Shown: positions 52,739 through 64,000 of the stretch, piece by piece
Numbering within the stretch: the stretch's first letter is position 1
Layout of the letters: each line of letters begins with the position of its first letter
Assembly: GCF_018977255.1 (NCBI RefSeq)
Contig: NW_024704742.1
Location: 104,038,001-104,102,000, forward strand
From: Callorhinchus milii
Lineage: Eukaryota
Direction: 5' to 3'
DNA length: 64,000 nucleotides
Notes under the pieces: generated by a model
What the model was told of the DNA's origin: nothing
The model's input: only the letters and a program-made list of their open reading frames with translations
Database searches by the model: none
Program-made: the position numbers and the translations under genes

Positions 52739-53061
52739 AATTTGTAATTAAATCTTGAAAGGTTTTGGGTGTGGCTTCTAATTTTTCTCCTACCTTGAGC
52801 CATTGGCAGTTGTATGGAGAAATATTTACTATAATTTTAAACAGTATTTTAACAAAGTTTGAGTGACTTAATGAGATGAAACTTTGGTCAGTTTGTGAGA
52901 CAAAATGGTCCATTCTGCTTCATAGCAGTTCTCCAGGCTTTGTACATCGAGCTCCTATTGGATCCTGCTGCACTAAATCTCAGTTATCAAATTAATTTAC
53001 CATAGTGGTATTTGGAGGATACGAATGAGCAACAATGATCAATTAATTTGGAAGATTATTG

Positions 53062-53756
53062 CTTATGGCACCTTTTCTTTCAGATTAGATCTTTAATATT
53101 TACTTGAACAACCAGATGCAAGTTTGTTCTATTGTCTCATCTGAAAGGAAATATAACCTACCCCTATTACTGCACTGCAGTGTCAGCCCAGGCTATGAGC
53201 TCAAACTCCAATGTAAAGTTTGAACCCACAAATCGTCCGACCAACAAATGAGAGTGAAACCAAACTGACATTTCTTTATCTCATGAATCAAATGTTCTTT
53301 TTCCTTTTACGTCTTCCCCACACATTTCACACCAAATATAAAATACTAAAACCTACAATAAAGCAAAAAAGTCACCCAACAAGGGGAGTAATTGATGAGA
53401 GATCTGCATTCAACCACAAGTATTATTATCTGAAATGCAATAAGACAGCATTAATAGCCAGAACAAAGCTTTTTTCTCCCCCCATTTATTTTAAAATTGA
53501 GACATGTTAGGTTATACAGTGTCTGGTAGAAATACTCCATCCTTTTTATTTTCTTAAAAGGTTAAATAATTAACTAAGTGCTAGTAATTTGGACTCAAAT
53601 TCTGATGGAGCCACACCCAAAACCTTTCAGATGCTAGGTTGACACTGCAGTACAATGATAGGGGTACGTTACATTTCCCTTCAGATGAGATATTAGACCA
53701 AACTTGCATCTGGTTCTTCAAGTAAAGATCTAATCAGAAAGAAAAGGTGCCATAAG
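53062..53756. repeat. Inverted repeat, arms 53062-53191 and 53634-53756
   Basis: About 90% identical by hand alignment, with one 7-nt indel. Confidence 0.9.
53085..53270 (-). mobile_element. DeuSINE-type 5' half
   Basis: gtctcatctgaaagg...tactgcactgcagtgtcagcc...ttgaacccac. Confidence 0.6.
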
Positions 53757-55477
53757 GAATGAATATCATCATGTGGTTCAGCACACTCTGCAAATGATTT
53801 GGAATGGAAAAGTATTTTAGGGCAGACTAGAATTTGGCCACAGATTTAGTAATAGAGTCAGCTGCCTAAACTTAGTCTATATGGAGAACAGTTTCCGTGA
53901 CTAGTTCCTGGAGAGATTTCCTAAATGTGGGATCTGCATAGATTAATGCGGAAATGCAGGTACATTTTCACAACCGATTGGCATCTCATAAATACTTTGG
54001 GACTAGGGTGAAAAGGTGGCCATCTTTTACTGGTATAGTGACAGCAAAGGCAACATGTAAATAAGTATCTTGAAAGTGAAGGGTAAAGAGCTTTGGAGAC
54101 AGACAATGTTGAATGAAGTAATTGCCTTGATTTTTCCAAGTTCCTGTTTCTCAAATTCACAAATGATTTAAAACAAACATTCTAGTAGTGCAAAATACCA
54201 AGAATAAAATGGCATCTTCCCCATCCAATTACATCAGAGGCAGACATCCAATCCTAAAATAATCCATCAGCAACACAAATGAAATTGAATGCTAATAAAT
54301 TCAGATATGATTTGTTCATTTATAACCTAGTCTACTAGTTTTTTAAAAAAAAACAATGCTAATGTCTAATGCTAATGATGGGGTTGCAGTCTACTAAAGT
54401 ACTTCATATCTTTTTAATCAGCGTGCAAAACATATGTATATATGAAGCTTGAATGAGATTCCAATTGATTAGTTCATTCTATTCTGTTATTCATAAATTT
54501 AAAAAAACTAAAAGTTGAACTTTGAGGTTGAAACATGGGATGGTACCCAATTTGTATTTCATATAACGAAGATAGAGGTTAACTCATACGTATTGGCAAA
54601 CAGAAAAGAAACATTCTGAGGAACATAGTTACAGCAGGTAATCTACCATTTTCTAAGGTGTTCCTTATTGTCTGATTAAAGATCATGCAAATAGAAAGTT
54701 TCATCATCTCATGGAGAAATCACTTAGGAAGTACGGTCCATAGTCCTTTTAAAAAATTGCACGGGTCAGGAGACCTAAATCACCACCTCTTTATTTCGTT
54801 AGAGGAGACATAAGCGAACCCTGATGAAGCAATGCAAGTACTGAAACATGTACAGCAATAGACAAGTGAAAGCCACAGCAGGTCAGAAAGAGTGCAAAAA
54901 ACAGACTCAAGGAACTCGTGTTCAACACAATTTGACAAATTCAGACACTCAAAAACTGTAGAACACCCTAGTGCCAAAAAAGCTGCCAACCTGAGCTGCC
55001 AGGTAAACAATATTACTTAGTGAAGGTTTCGAAAGTCTTCAAGCACTTCACTATCAAACAAGCTCTGGAGAATCCACATTCTGACCCTACAGCAAGAACA
55101 AATGAGCTCTGAAACCAATACCAAATTTGTCAACATTTGCTCAGCAAGATAGATTTTAAAATATTTTTGTTTTTATTGACAAAACCCTTATTCTACCTAA
55201 ATAGAAAACTAATACTTTGTACATAAACTAAGTATTCTTAATTTTTAGAGAAGCAGTATGAGGTAAGTGCTGGATAATTTACGGGAATCACAATTTTCTG
55301 AAGTAAGGATGAGTAGGGAATATTGATGATGCCTTACAATGTACCTATCCAGAGGGCAAATAAAGTAAATGCACCATCAATGCATGCAGTAATAATTACT
55401 AATTTTTTGTCAGTAGAAGACAGTGCACGAAGTCTCAATTTCAACAGTGAGAAGATACAAAGTAAATATGCATATAA

Positions 55478-55856
55478 ATAATAATCTTGTGTTAGGTATA
55501 GCACCATTCACACTCGGAGGACATGTAAAGACTTCACAGGATTCAGAGTAAAGTGCAGTGACTATGTATTTTGTAGGAAAATGTAGCAGCCAATTTGGGC
55601 ACATTAATGTCTCACAAATAGCATGAATTGAAACTCCCTTCTCTTTTCAAATAGAATCTTAGGATCTTTAATGTTCAATTGAACAGAAAAATGGGACGTT
55701 GGTTTCATATCTCATCGAAAGGATAGCACTTTGACAATACAGTGCTCTCCAATACTGCACTAAAATGACAAGACTTTAAGCTCAAAGTCCCAACATGAGG
55801 CTTGAACCCATGACTTTCTGATTCGGAGGCTAAACTGCTCCCAACAAAACAAAGCT
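55478..55856 (-). mobile_element. DeuSINE-type element with degenerate tRNA head
   Basis: Antisense Deu domain (ggatctttaatgttca...tctcatcgaaagg) and a B box (cttgaaccc). Confidence 0.7.
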
Positions 55857-56734
55857 GATGCCCATAACAATCATCAAACAGATGGCAAACAGGAAGGAGT
55901 CATGAATGCACAGATAGCAAGTGATTCTCAATAACCCAAGAAACCTACTTTGCCAAAAATGTATTGCATTTTACTGTTTGTTGATAGCCCTCCCATGCGC
56001 AAAATCTAGGTTAAAATGGGAAAACCTCTGACAGAGGTAACTCAAAAGTAATACTCAGTTATACAGGTACAAGCACACTGTAGAATCAAGCAAATATGTT
56101 ATTTTATCAAAACAAGAGCTTGTTAATGGAGACCACCACAATCCCAGAGTTCTTTGGTATTAATTTCTTGTGCTGAAGTGGTTACATGTTCAGAAAGTCT
56201 TTGAACATCTAATTTCATTCCACATAACGCACTTTAGAGATTTAACATTCTTGTAGGATTATAATTTTTTTAAAGAACTTTTCAAAATACAGAAGTATAC
56301 ATATACCAAAACAGTAGAACAGAGGCTCAGTTCTGAGACTTATCATGTCAGCATCTAATAGCAGCCAACTAAAGCCAAAAATGAAATGTATATCAGTACA
56401 GCAAAAAAAGGAAATCTCTACATGTTGAAATAAATAAAATGTTCAGGTAGCAGGAAGTTGCAGAGCTCAAAATCAAAAGTAGAACTCTCCCCCATGACAA
56501 CATTGTGGGATAAAGCCAAAAGAGAAGATAGTAAGATACTACTACTAATAATAATAATAACCCTTGCATCTGATATAGTGCCTTTCAATTCAACAATACA
56601 AATTTGCATCTACACTTTTTTTCACATTGGTGGATGCGAAGCACTTAATACTGGTCTGGCATCTGAGTTGAGGGTGAGAGTCAAGTGGGGTGTGGAGGGG
56701 AATGATGACCACAAGCACAGTCAAGCACAAACAC

Positions 56735-57023
56735 CCTTTGGATGAAATGTTAAACTGAGGTTCCATCTGATGGTTAGAGTGAATGTTAAAGATCCCATGT
56801 CACTATTTGAAAAGAGAAAGAAGTATCTCCAAGTATCCTGGGCAATAATCCCCCAAATAAAATTGGTCATTCACTTCATGACTGTTTGTGGGGCACGGCT
56901 GTGCACAAATTAGCTGTTGCTTTTGCCTGCAAACTAGTCACTACACTTTACAGCACATCATTTAATTACATTGAGACAGCCTCCCAATGTAAAAAGTGCT
57001 ATAAGAAAATTTAAGGATTATTA
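56735..57023 (+). mobile_element. DeuSINE-type element
   Basis: Collinear with 38496-38787. Confidence 0.75.
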
Positions 57024-58589
57024 TAAAATCTAAAGAGAGGGGGAAGAGAATCAGTTAAAACTCAAAATTTCCCACAAGATAATGCAAATAGCCTTTCCAC
57101 TTTCTCTAGAGATGCCACCTGATTGGTGCTTCTTGTTGAGCTTGAAAAATAAGAAGGCTCAGATGGTCCACTATGTGATGGAGAGTGTCACAGATGCCTT
57201 ATTATTTGTGTTCATTAACCTGCTTTCCTTTATAATGTTGTGCCTTTTACATGTTTTGTATTGGTTGAAGGCTGCAGTAAGCCTGTGAGCTATTGCAAGC
57301 TTGTCTTTAATGTGCAGGACTCTGACGGAAGCTTCCCTCTGCTATTTACATAAAGCCTTGGTATAACCTGTCGTGTTGACTCATTAGTGAAGTTTCATCT
57401 TAGATTAGGGACTTGTGCACACAGTGGAGGATCTAATACAGATGCCACCTAGTTCATACGCAGGAGACATTTCGCGGGTTTACACTAGGGGTGAGAACCA
57501 CAGTAAGAGTATAAGAGCACCAATGAACCTGACTGGTGCACCATCTGTTTAGTTCCCTCATTTTCTATGGAGAACAGGATGGCCATGAATGTGCAGAAAA
57601 ATACTTGTTTAATTTGTAGCACAATTTGTTAAGTGGCCTGATCCAGGAAAGGCAATAGCAAAGAGGACTTATCTGGGATCGACGGTCTGGAAAATTAGCG
57701 ACTGGTCATATATATTTTGTGAATGAGTGTCTTCTGTTTGTCTCCATGTGCCTGTACTTCTCCTCGTTTCCCATTTCTATCTCCTTCTCTATCTCTATCC
57801 CACCTCACCACATCCTGTATGCGAGAGAGATTCAGATTTTGTGTGAGTCACTCCATCTGTCTCCCTTGTCAATTATGTTTGTGCCTTTCCATCTCTGTAT
57901 CTTTTTAACACTGTCTGCCACACTTCCTGTTCTGAAGAGCAACTTGGATTTGTACAACTTCTTTGAGGTTTTGAGATTTGAGTAACTGGTTTCATAGAGA
58001 CAATACCACATAATGAACAGGGAGGGTGGGAGAGCAGAGTCACCCTTACTCACTTGCTTCCCCCACCTCTTACTGAATCACTCTTCTCTTCCATCTCTCC
58101 TTTATCTGATGCTGTATTTGATTCACTCTTCCTCTCACAATTTTCTTTCTTATATCTCATAGTCATTCATTCACATTCTCACTCCACTGTCCCCCTCTAC
58201 AGTACCCCACATCACAAACACTTAATCTCTGTCTATCTTTACCCTCACTCTTTCACTCTTATTTTATCTTCCCATTATCTTATTCCCACTTACACTCTCA
58301 CCTGTCTCACATTCACTAGTCACTTTGCTCTCATGATCTTTGTTCTCTTTGTCTCTCTTCTGCCCATCAGATCCATTTCATATCCAAATGTGGAGTTTGT
58401 GCACTTACAGAAGCAACTTCAGAGTGTGACTGTGGTGGCAGCCACATGTGCAGGAATTCGAGGACATGCCAGGAGGTATAGTTTGAAAGTTGCAGACTAG
58501 AATGTTAAAAAGTAAAGATAGTCTTAAAAGCATGTCCTATGTGATGCATACAAGCAGGAAGTGATGTAAATATGGCTCCTAACTATGTA

Positions 58590-58804
58590 CCTCTTTACAG
58601 CGCAGTCATTTGACATCACTTCCTACAAATGTGCACCATGAGCAGAAGCAACAAGAAGGGCGACCATCTTGCCATAGGGCTATCTCACAAATCAGAAGCT
58701 ATTTTGTGAGAGAACGCTATGGCAAGATGGTCACTCTTCTTGTTGCTTCTGCCCACGGAATGCATTTGCAGGAAGTGATGTCAAATGACTGCCCTGTGAA
58801 GAGG
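58590..58804. repeat. Long imperfect palindrome, ~102-bp arms and ~11-nt loop
   Basis: Ungapped hand alignment of the arms gives about 14 mismatches. Confidence 0.95.
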
Positions 58805-59369
58805 ATCAGGAACTTTACCTCTCGACATACACCTCCAACTTCATGCATGAGATGTGCAGGAAGTGGAGGGAGAGCTATGGATAGTTTTTAGGTCCATCAG
58901 AGTTGGTGAGTTTGTTATTTTATTTTCATGTGTTTAATAAATTGAATGTTGTATTATTGCTTATTTTATTTGTTGTTTAATTATCATGGTTAAGACTAGA
59001 AATGAAAGTCTCTCAGACTTTCAGAGTTCTATCAATGATCTCAGTGGAAATCTGCAATGGTTGTCTTTGGAACTGAGTGGAAGAGTGAGAATGGAGGGTT
59101 GACAGGAGGTCTTTCAGAATTTCTTTCAAAATTTCCATGATAGACAAATTGGAAAACATTCTACGTCCTTAATTTACAAATTTTGACCCAACCTTTGCCA
59201 TCAAAAAGAGAGAAATCTGAAAAGTGGGTGTGGTCTCTATCAACATTATATAGATATAGAAATTACTAGTAATCCTTGCATTTGATATTGTGCTTTTGTA
59301 GTCTAAACATCTCAAACGCTTTGGATGATTTTATTGTAAAGGGTAGTGAGTGTACAGCGAACACTGCAT

Positions 59370-59748
59370 GTCCTGTAGCTCAGTGGTTAGAGCACTCTCC
59401 TCGCAAGCGAGAAACTGGGTTCCATCCCCAACAGGGTGAAATGTTGGGCAAGTTTCTTTACGCCACACACCTGTTTACCTAGCAGTAAATTAGTCAACAC
59501 AACAGTCGCAGCCACTCTGATGTTGTTGGTCGATTGGCAGATCGCTTTTCCGGGGGTAATAATTCCATCAAAAAAAAATTGGTTACTTCAATCCACGACT
59601 GTCTGTGGAACACTGCTGTGCACAATTGGCTGCCACATTTCACCCGCAAAATATACAGTCAATTCACTTTACAGTATATTCTGTGAAGCGCTTTGAGACA
59701 TCTCAAAGATATAAGGCGCTATATCAATGCAAGGATTATTATTATTAT
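59370..59748 (+). mobile_element. tRNA-derived SINE, long form
   Basis: gtcctgtagctcagtggttagagcac...gcaaggattattattatt. Confidence 0.9.
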
Positions 59749-60409
59749 AATTTAGCAAAGCAACATACCACAAACGATCATGAAGTGAATTATATCAATT
59801 TTATCTGAAAGATTGTTGGCAATTAATACTTCTACTTTCCCTTATTTATTTAACCAGCAATACCAAGCAATGGAAGATTATAGTTAAGAGGCTAACCTGC
59901 TAACCAATGTAGAAAAGTAATACTTAAAAATCAATCAGTTGGAACTAGTATTGAGTTGTGATTTGTATACTAAAGTTGTTTGGGGCACAGATTCTTCCTT
60001 TAAGAATAAGGTGGCAAAGTAGAACTTCCAGTGGCATTTGTTAAAATACATAGCTATAGTGAAAGAAAACAAATGACTAAAATCACATCCTTTATAATAA
60101 GCAAGTTTTTCAAATTGTGTAAAACTACAGTAATCCCCATCATAACAGTGTGTCATAGTCATAAAAGATTACTGTCCAAATAGATTTTACTCTTTAATCC
60201 ACCTCCATCCTAAATGTACTTTGCAGCAGAGAATTATGTTTCTAAGACCCCATCTGACTAGAAACAGATTATCTTTGCCCTTTTTTATTACATGTAGTTC
60301 AACCACCTATTTAACCATATTTATACAGGAACAATTATATTTTCGTTATTTCCTCAATTTACTCTGACTCCGTGATATGTAAAACTATGGAATAAATTTA
60401 AGTGAACGA

Positions 60410-61185
60410 TCACAGAAATTTCATCACAGACAGCTATTTGGCTCGCTATGCTAGTACCGTTGTATCTGTCACACTGACCAATAAATTAATCCCCTATTCC
60501 TGTTCTTTCTCCATTTACTTCATTCTTCAACAGTCTATCTAATTCCCTTTTAAATTCGGTAAATGACTGGATTTCAATAGGCACCTTTGGTAACATCTAT
60601 ATACCCTTGTTGCTGAATGATCAACAATGGAAATATTTCACTATTTTCCTTCTCAAAACTTTTCATAATTTTGAACATGTGCATCAGATCCTCCTTAACC
60701 TGTAAGCCAGTATATACAGCCTCAGTTTTTAGGGCTTTCAACATAATTACTGTGGGCCCCAATTATAAAACATTAGCTGGGTTGATTATTTGAAGTGCTG
60801 ATGGAACCAGTATCCGCATTTTGGATTTTTCTTGGGTACGTATATATTAGGCTAATAGCTGATGTCTCCCCCCTCCTTCCACATTTATTCCCATATGAGG
60901 CATCTAATACAATTTCACTCTTCTGCTTGCTCCCTGTACAAATATTTTTCAATCATCTATTCCAAATCCCTTTTAAAAAATTGTGAACTCTTATTTCAAG
61001 ACTGATTGTGGCAGAGAATTCAACCTTCCAAAGACCCTCTGTACAAAGATTATTTTTCTAACATGCCCTTTAATTATTTTTGATCATCTTAAATCTGTTT
61101 CTCCTTGTCACAAGATAAAAAACTCTTGCTTTATACCCTATCATAACTCTTCACTATCTTGAACAGCACTATCAAGACCTCTTAA
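60410..61185 (-). mobile_element. Cluster of degenerate CR1 fragments
   Basis: tcacagaaatttcatcacag; cataattttgaacatg; ggcagagaattcaaccttccaaagaccctctg. Confidence 0.45.
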
Positions 61186-62448
61186 AAAATTCAAGTGGGG
61201 AGGAATGTCATTTTTTTAAAAAATTGCATCTAACAAAGAAAAACTGAACTTGTTCCTTCACTTTATTTGCCATTTTCAACCAAACTGAATACGGCAATCA
61301 CAAATACACACTAACTACATTACTCGTGAAATGCGTTCAGACAGTTCAACATTCCAGGTTAACTATCAAGTGTTGGGTGCCTATTAATTAAATCAGTGAG
61401 TGGAATCCTTCTGTGTTGGCCTTAAAGATAAAAGGACCAAATTCTCCAATAATTTTAAGTAAACGAATACCTGGAATATTGCCATTTACATTTTTATCCC
61501 CCAAATTATTACTAATCATTAATTTTATTCCCTTTTTCTATTAATGGGATTTCTAATTTGAGTGATTTTAATCGAATACACTGTACTTCATTTACATATT
61601 CATAAAATTTAAATAGCATATCTTTAAAATCACATATATTATTGATAATCTGCCTGTAGACTAAATTAGTAGAACAACTGAGTTGTGTCTTTAAGGGAAA
61701 GAGTGCTTTGCTTGCGTGACACAGATTACTTTCTCAAACACATCCCGCAAATGCATGTGCCTCTCTGCTATAATCTAATATACCTCCATGGAATGTAACA
61801 AAGAATGTTACTTGCCTATTTTCTCAACTAGTTTTCAACATATGAAGGGAACCTAAAACAAGAATTTATGTGAATAACTGAGTATCTGTATGGGAGGAGG
61901 GGGAATAGTAACTACTCATTTATCACCAGTAAATGAAATCTAAATGGGTTGAATCCACCAATATCTGTCTACTTCAATACTAAATAATTTAGTAAGCCAT
62001 TGTTCTATGAGAAAATGTGGGAAATCAATGCAAATATTTCAGCACTCTTCTGGAGCATCTTAAATTGTCTTACATTCTAAATTTAGTTGTCAGCTAAGAA
62101 TTGCACTTTAGATCTCTCTTGAAGAGTTTTATTTGTCTTATCAGGAAAGCACAAGGACACCTAAAGGAAAACACTGGGAAACTAAAGGAAACGCCTTTCC
62201 TGTATAGCTCAAATACAAATTCTGGTGGTTCAATTTGGATACTGTGACCAATTATCACAAAAAAAGATAGTAAGACAAGATCCATACTGAAAACAATGGA
62301 GAACAAGCAGTAAGAATTTGTGCTTTTTTTTGTTTCTCTAACACCACTCGACATTCATTGCCTGAGAAAATGGGTTGGAGGGAGATGTATTCTCAGCACA
62401 TAGTGAAATGGTCTGATCCCAATGTACGGAGAGATAATTTGTGCATAA

Positions 62449-62632
62449 GCAACAACAAATTACATTTGTATAGCGCCTTTCATGTCAGAAGGACGTCCCA
62501 AGGCACTGGATAGTCAAGGATTCGCACCCGAGATGGTGGTTGGGATCAGGAGAGGTGGAGGGCGGGGAGGGTAAGAGTAGAGAGGGTGACAGAAGGCACA
62601 GTCAAACAACAGGGTCTTTAGACGGATCTTGA
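62449..62632 (-). mobile_element. L2 3' end
   Basis: caacaacaaattacatttgtatagcgcctttcatgtcagaaggacgtcccaaggcact. Confidence 0.85.
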
Positions 62633-64000
62633 TTATTATTATTAAAGGACAATTCCTGCACCCCAAATGCAGCCCAGACTAAGATCTTCACTAACCAGGA
62701 TTCAACTTGCAACCTTCTGGTCTGTATGCGTTTTGATCCGTAGTGCTTTCACACACTAAGAAATCAGAGGAGCTACAACTTTAAATTGTGTTAACTCTTG
62801 CGTTTAATGTTCCACTAAGCAGTTCATTCCGTATGCCGTTCCACCACATGGCAATCGCTATTTCTACAATTTCTGTGACCTCAAAGGAATTCTTTCATCC
62901 AAAACAACCTTAAATACATCCAATATTTCGAATGTAATAATTTGATAGGAAATTCTTCTGGCATTCAATCAATTATGGTCGTCCCAAAATAGCAACCCAC
63001 TAATTGCTGCAATGTCGACTGCATCACATTATGGTCAGTAAAAATAGGAAGAAAGATCAATAAGACATTAGTCACTGAGGATCCTTAGATCATTAATGTA
63101 TGAAATGAAAGGTCCTTTTAATGGTTTAAATTGTTAGTGCTTTTGAAAAGGTTTTTGTAAAATTATTTCATGAGTAACACAATGAATCACCCCAAATATC
63201 ACTCAAAAATCCTACTATGAGTCATTTAAAGCTACTGTTCAACTGGAAAACAAGTTACAAAACAAGCTGGTGACCATCATGCCAGTAAAAACAGTGGACA
63301 AAGTTCAATTTAAAATCCAGAAATATTGATTTGGATTTTTAAGTTGAAGGTTAACATCTCTATAGCAAACAGAATTAAAATATCCAAACTGGTTTCCGAG
63401 ATTCCAATTTTAATGGTACCACTGGGACACGTCTTCAAACTGATCAACTCATATGAACACAATAGGTTACACTAATCATGAGAGAAAAAAATTGGTTAAG
63501 GCTACATTTTGTGTTCCTCACATAAACATATTAAACACACCTCAACATAATATGTAGATAAGGACCATTAAAGTAATTTTTCAATATCTGTGTTTTTTCC
63601 AGTGAAAGTCAATTGGTAAAAAATGTTTCCCTAAATTTAATTTTTTAAAAATTGATTCAATTATCTATTCAAGTGCCTCGAATGGTGCATGCGCATCAAT
63701 TCCAGGACATACATGCACTACATTATGAATCAATCTGTACACACACCATATGCCCATGGTAATCTCTTGTATAATTTAATTTGTTTGCTGTTTATTCTTC
63801 AATACTAAATTCTATACAGTATAGAATAAGAGAAAGCATTATAGAAAGTTAGACTCAGGGACAGAAAGAGAGGCGCATGGTCAGAAAAGGGCTGGTAAAG
63901 TATAATACAACAGTGGGAGTATAACTTCTGAGAGTGGATAATCATCTGTTGTATCAGCAATCACTTTCAACAATAAAGCAGCCATTTTGTTAATATCTGG

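Noticed and set aside
58054..58500. 148-aa hydrophobic ORF
   Set aside because: Artefact of pyrimidine-rich sequence.
59370..59440. tRNA-like sequence (also at the other SINE heads)
   Set aside because: These are SINE heads continuing into body and tail, without a proper acceptor stem.
48418..64000. APC promoter or non-coding first exon
   Set aside because: No CpG island or convincing exon seen; probably further upstream.
1..64000. Prokaryote-type systems (CRISPR arrays, operons, retrons)
   Set aside because: No regularly spaced repeats or dense ORFs; all RT sequence is decayed non-LTR retrotransposon.

Overview
AT-rich, repeat-dense vertebrate genomic DNA. The repeat complement (L2 and CR1 LINEs, Deu-type and AmnSINE2-like SINEs) suggests a cartilaginous fish, possibly a holocephalan; this is inference. 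The window covers the 5' part of the APC tumour-suppressor gene on the minus strand: first coding exon at 48259-48417 (MAASSASYDQLLKQVEALKMENSNLRQELEDN...), second at 8703-8793 (EVLKQLQGSIEDE...), separated by a 39.5 kb intron. I saw no promoter or third coding exon. The rest is intronic: a long broken L2 ORF2, many truncated L2/CR1/RTE copies, several SINE families and a TA-flanked MITE. Most ORF-track entries are spurious or retroelement fragments. I found no new protein-coding system. The most notable observations are local inverted templated insertions at 52.4-53.8 kb, a ~215 bp hairpin at 58.6-58.8 kb, a LINE/SINE 3' stem-loop with compensatory change and loop variants, SINE module shuffling, an unidentified hairpin-bearing repeat, and APC exons with APC residues but APC2-like lengths. 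Repeat boundaries are by eye and approximate; family names are from memory of consensus sequences, not searches.
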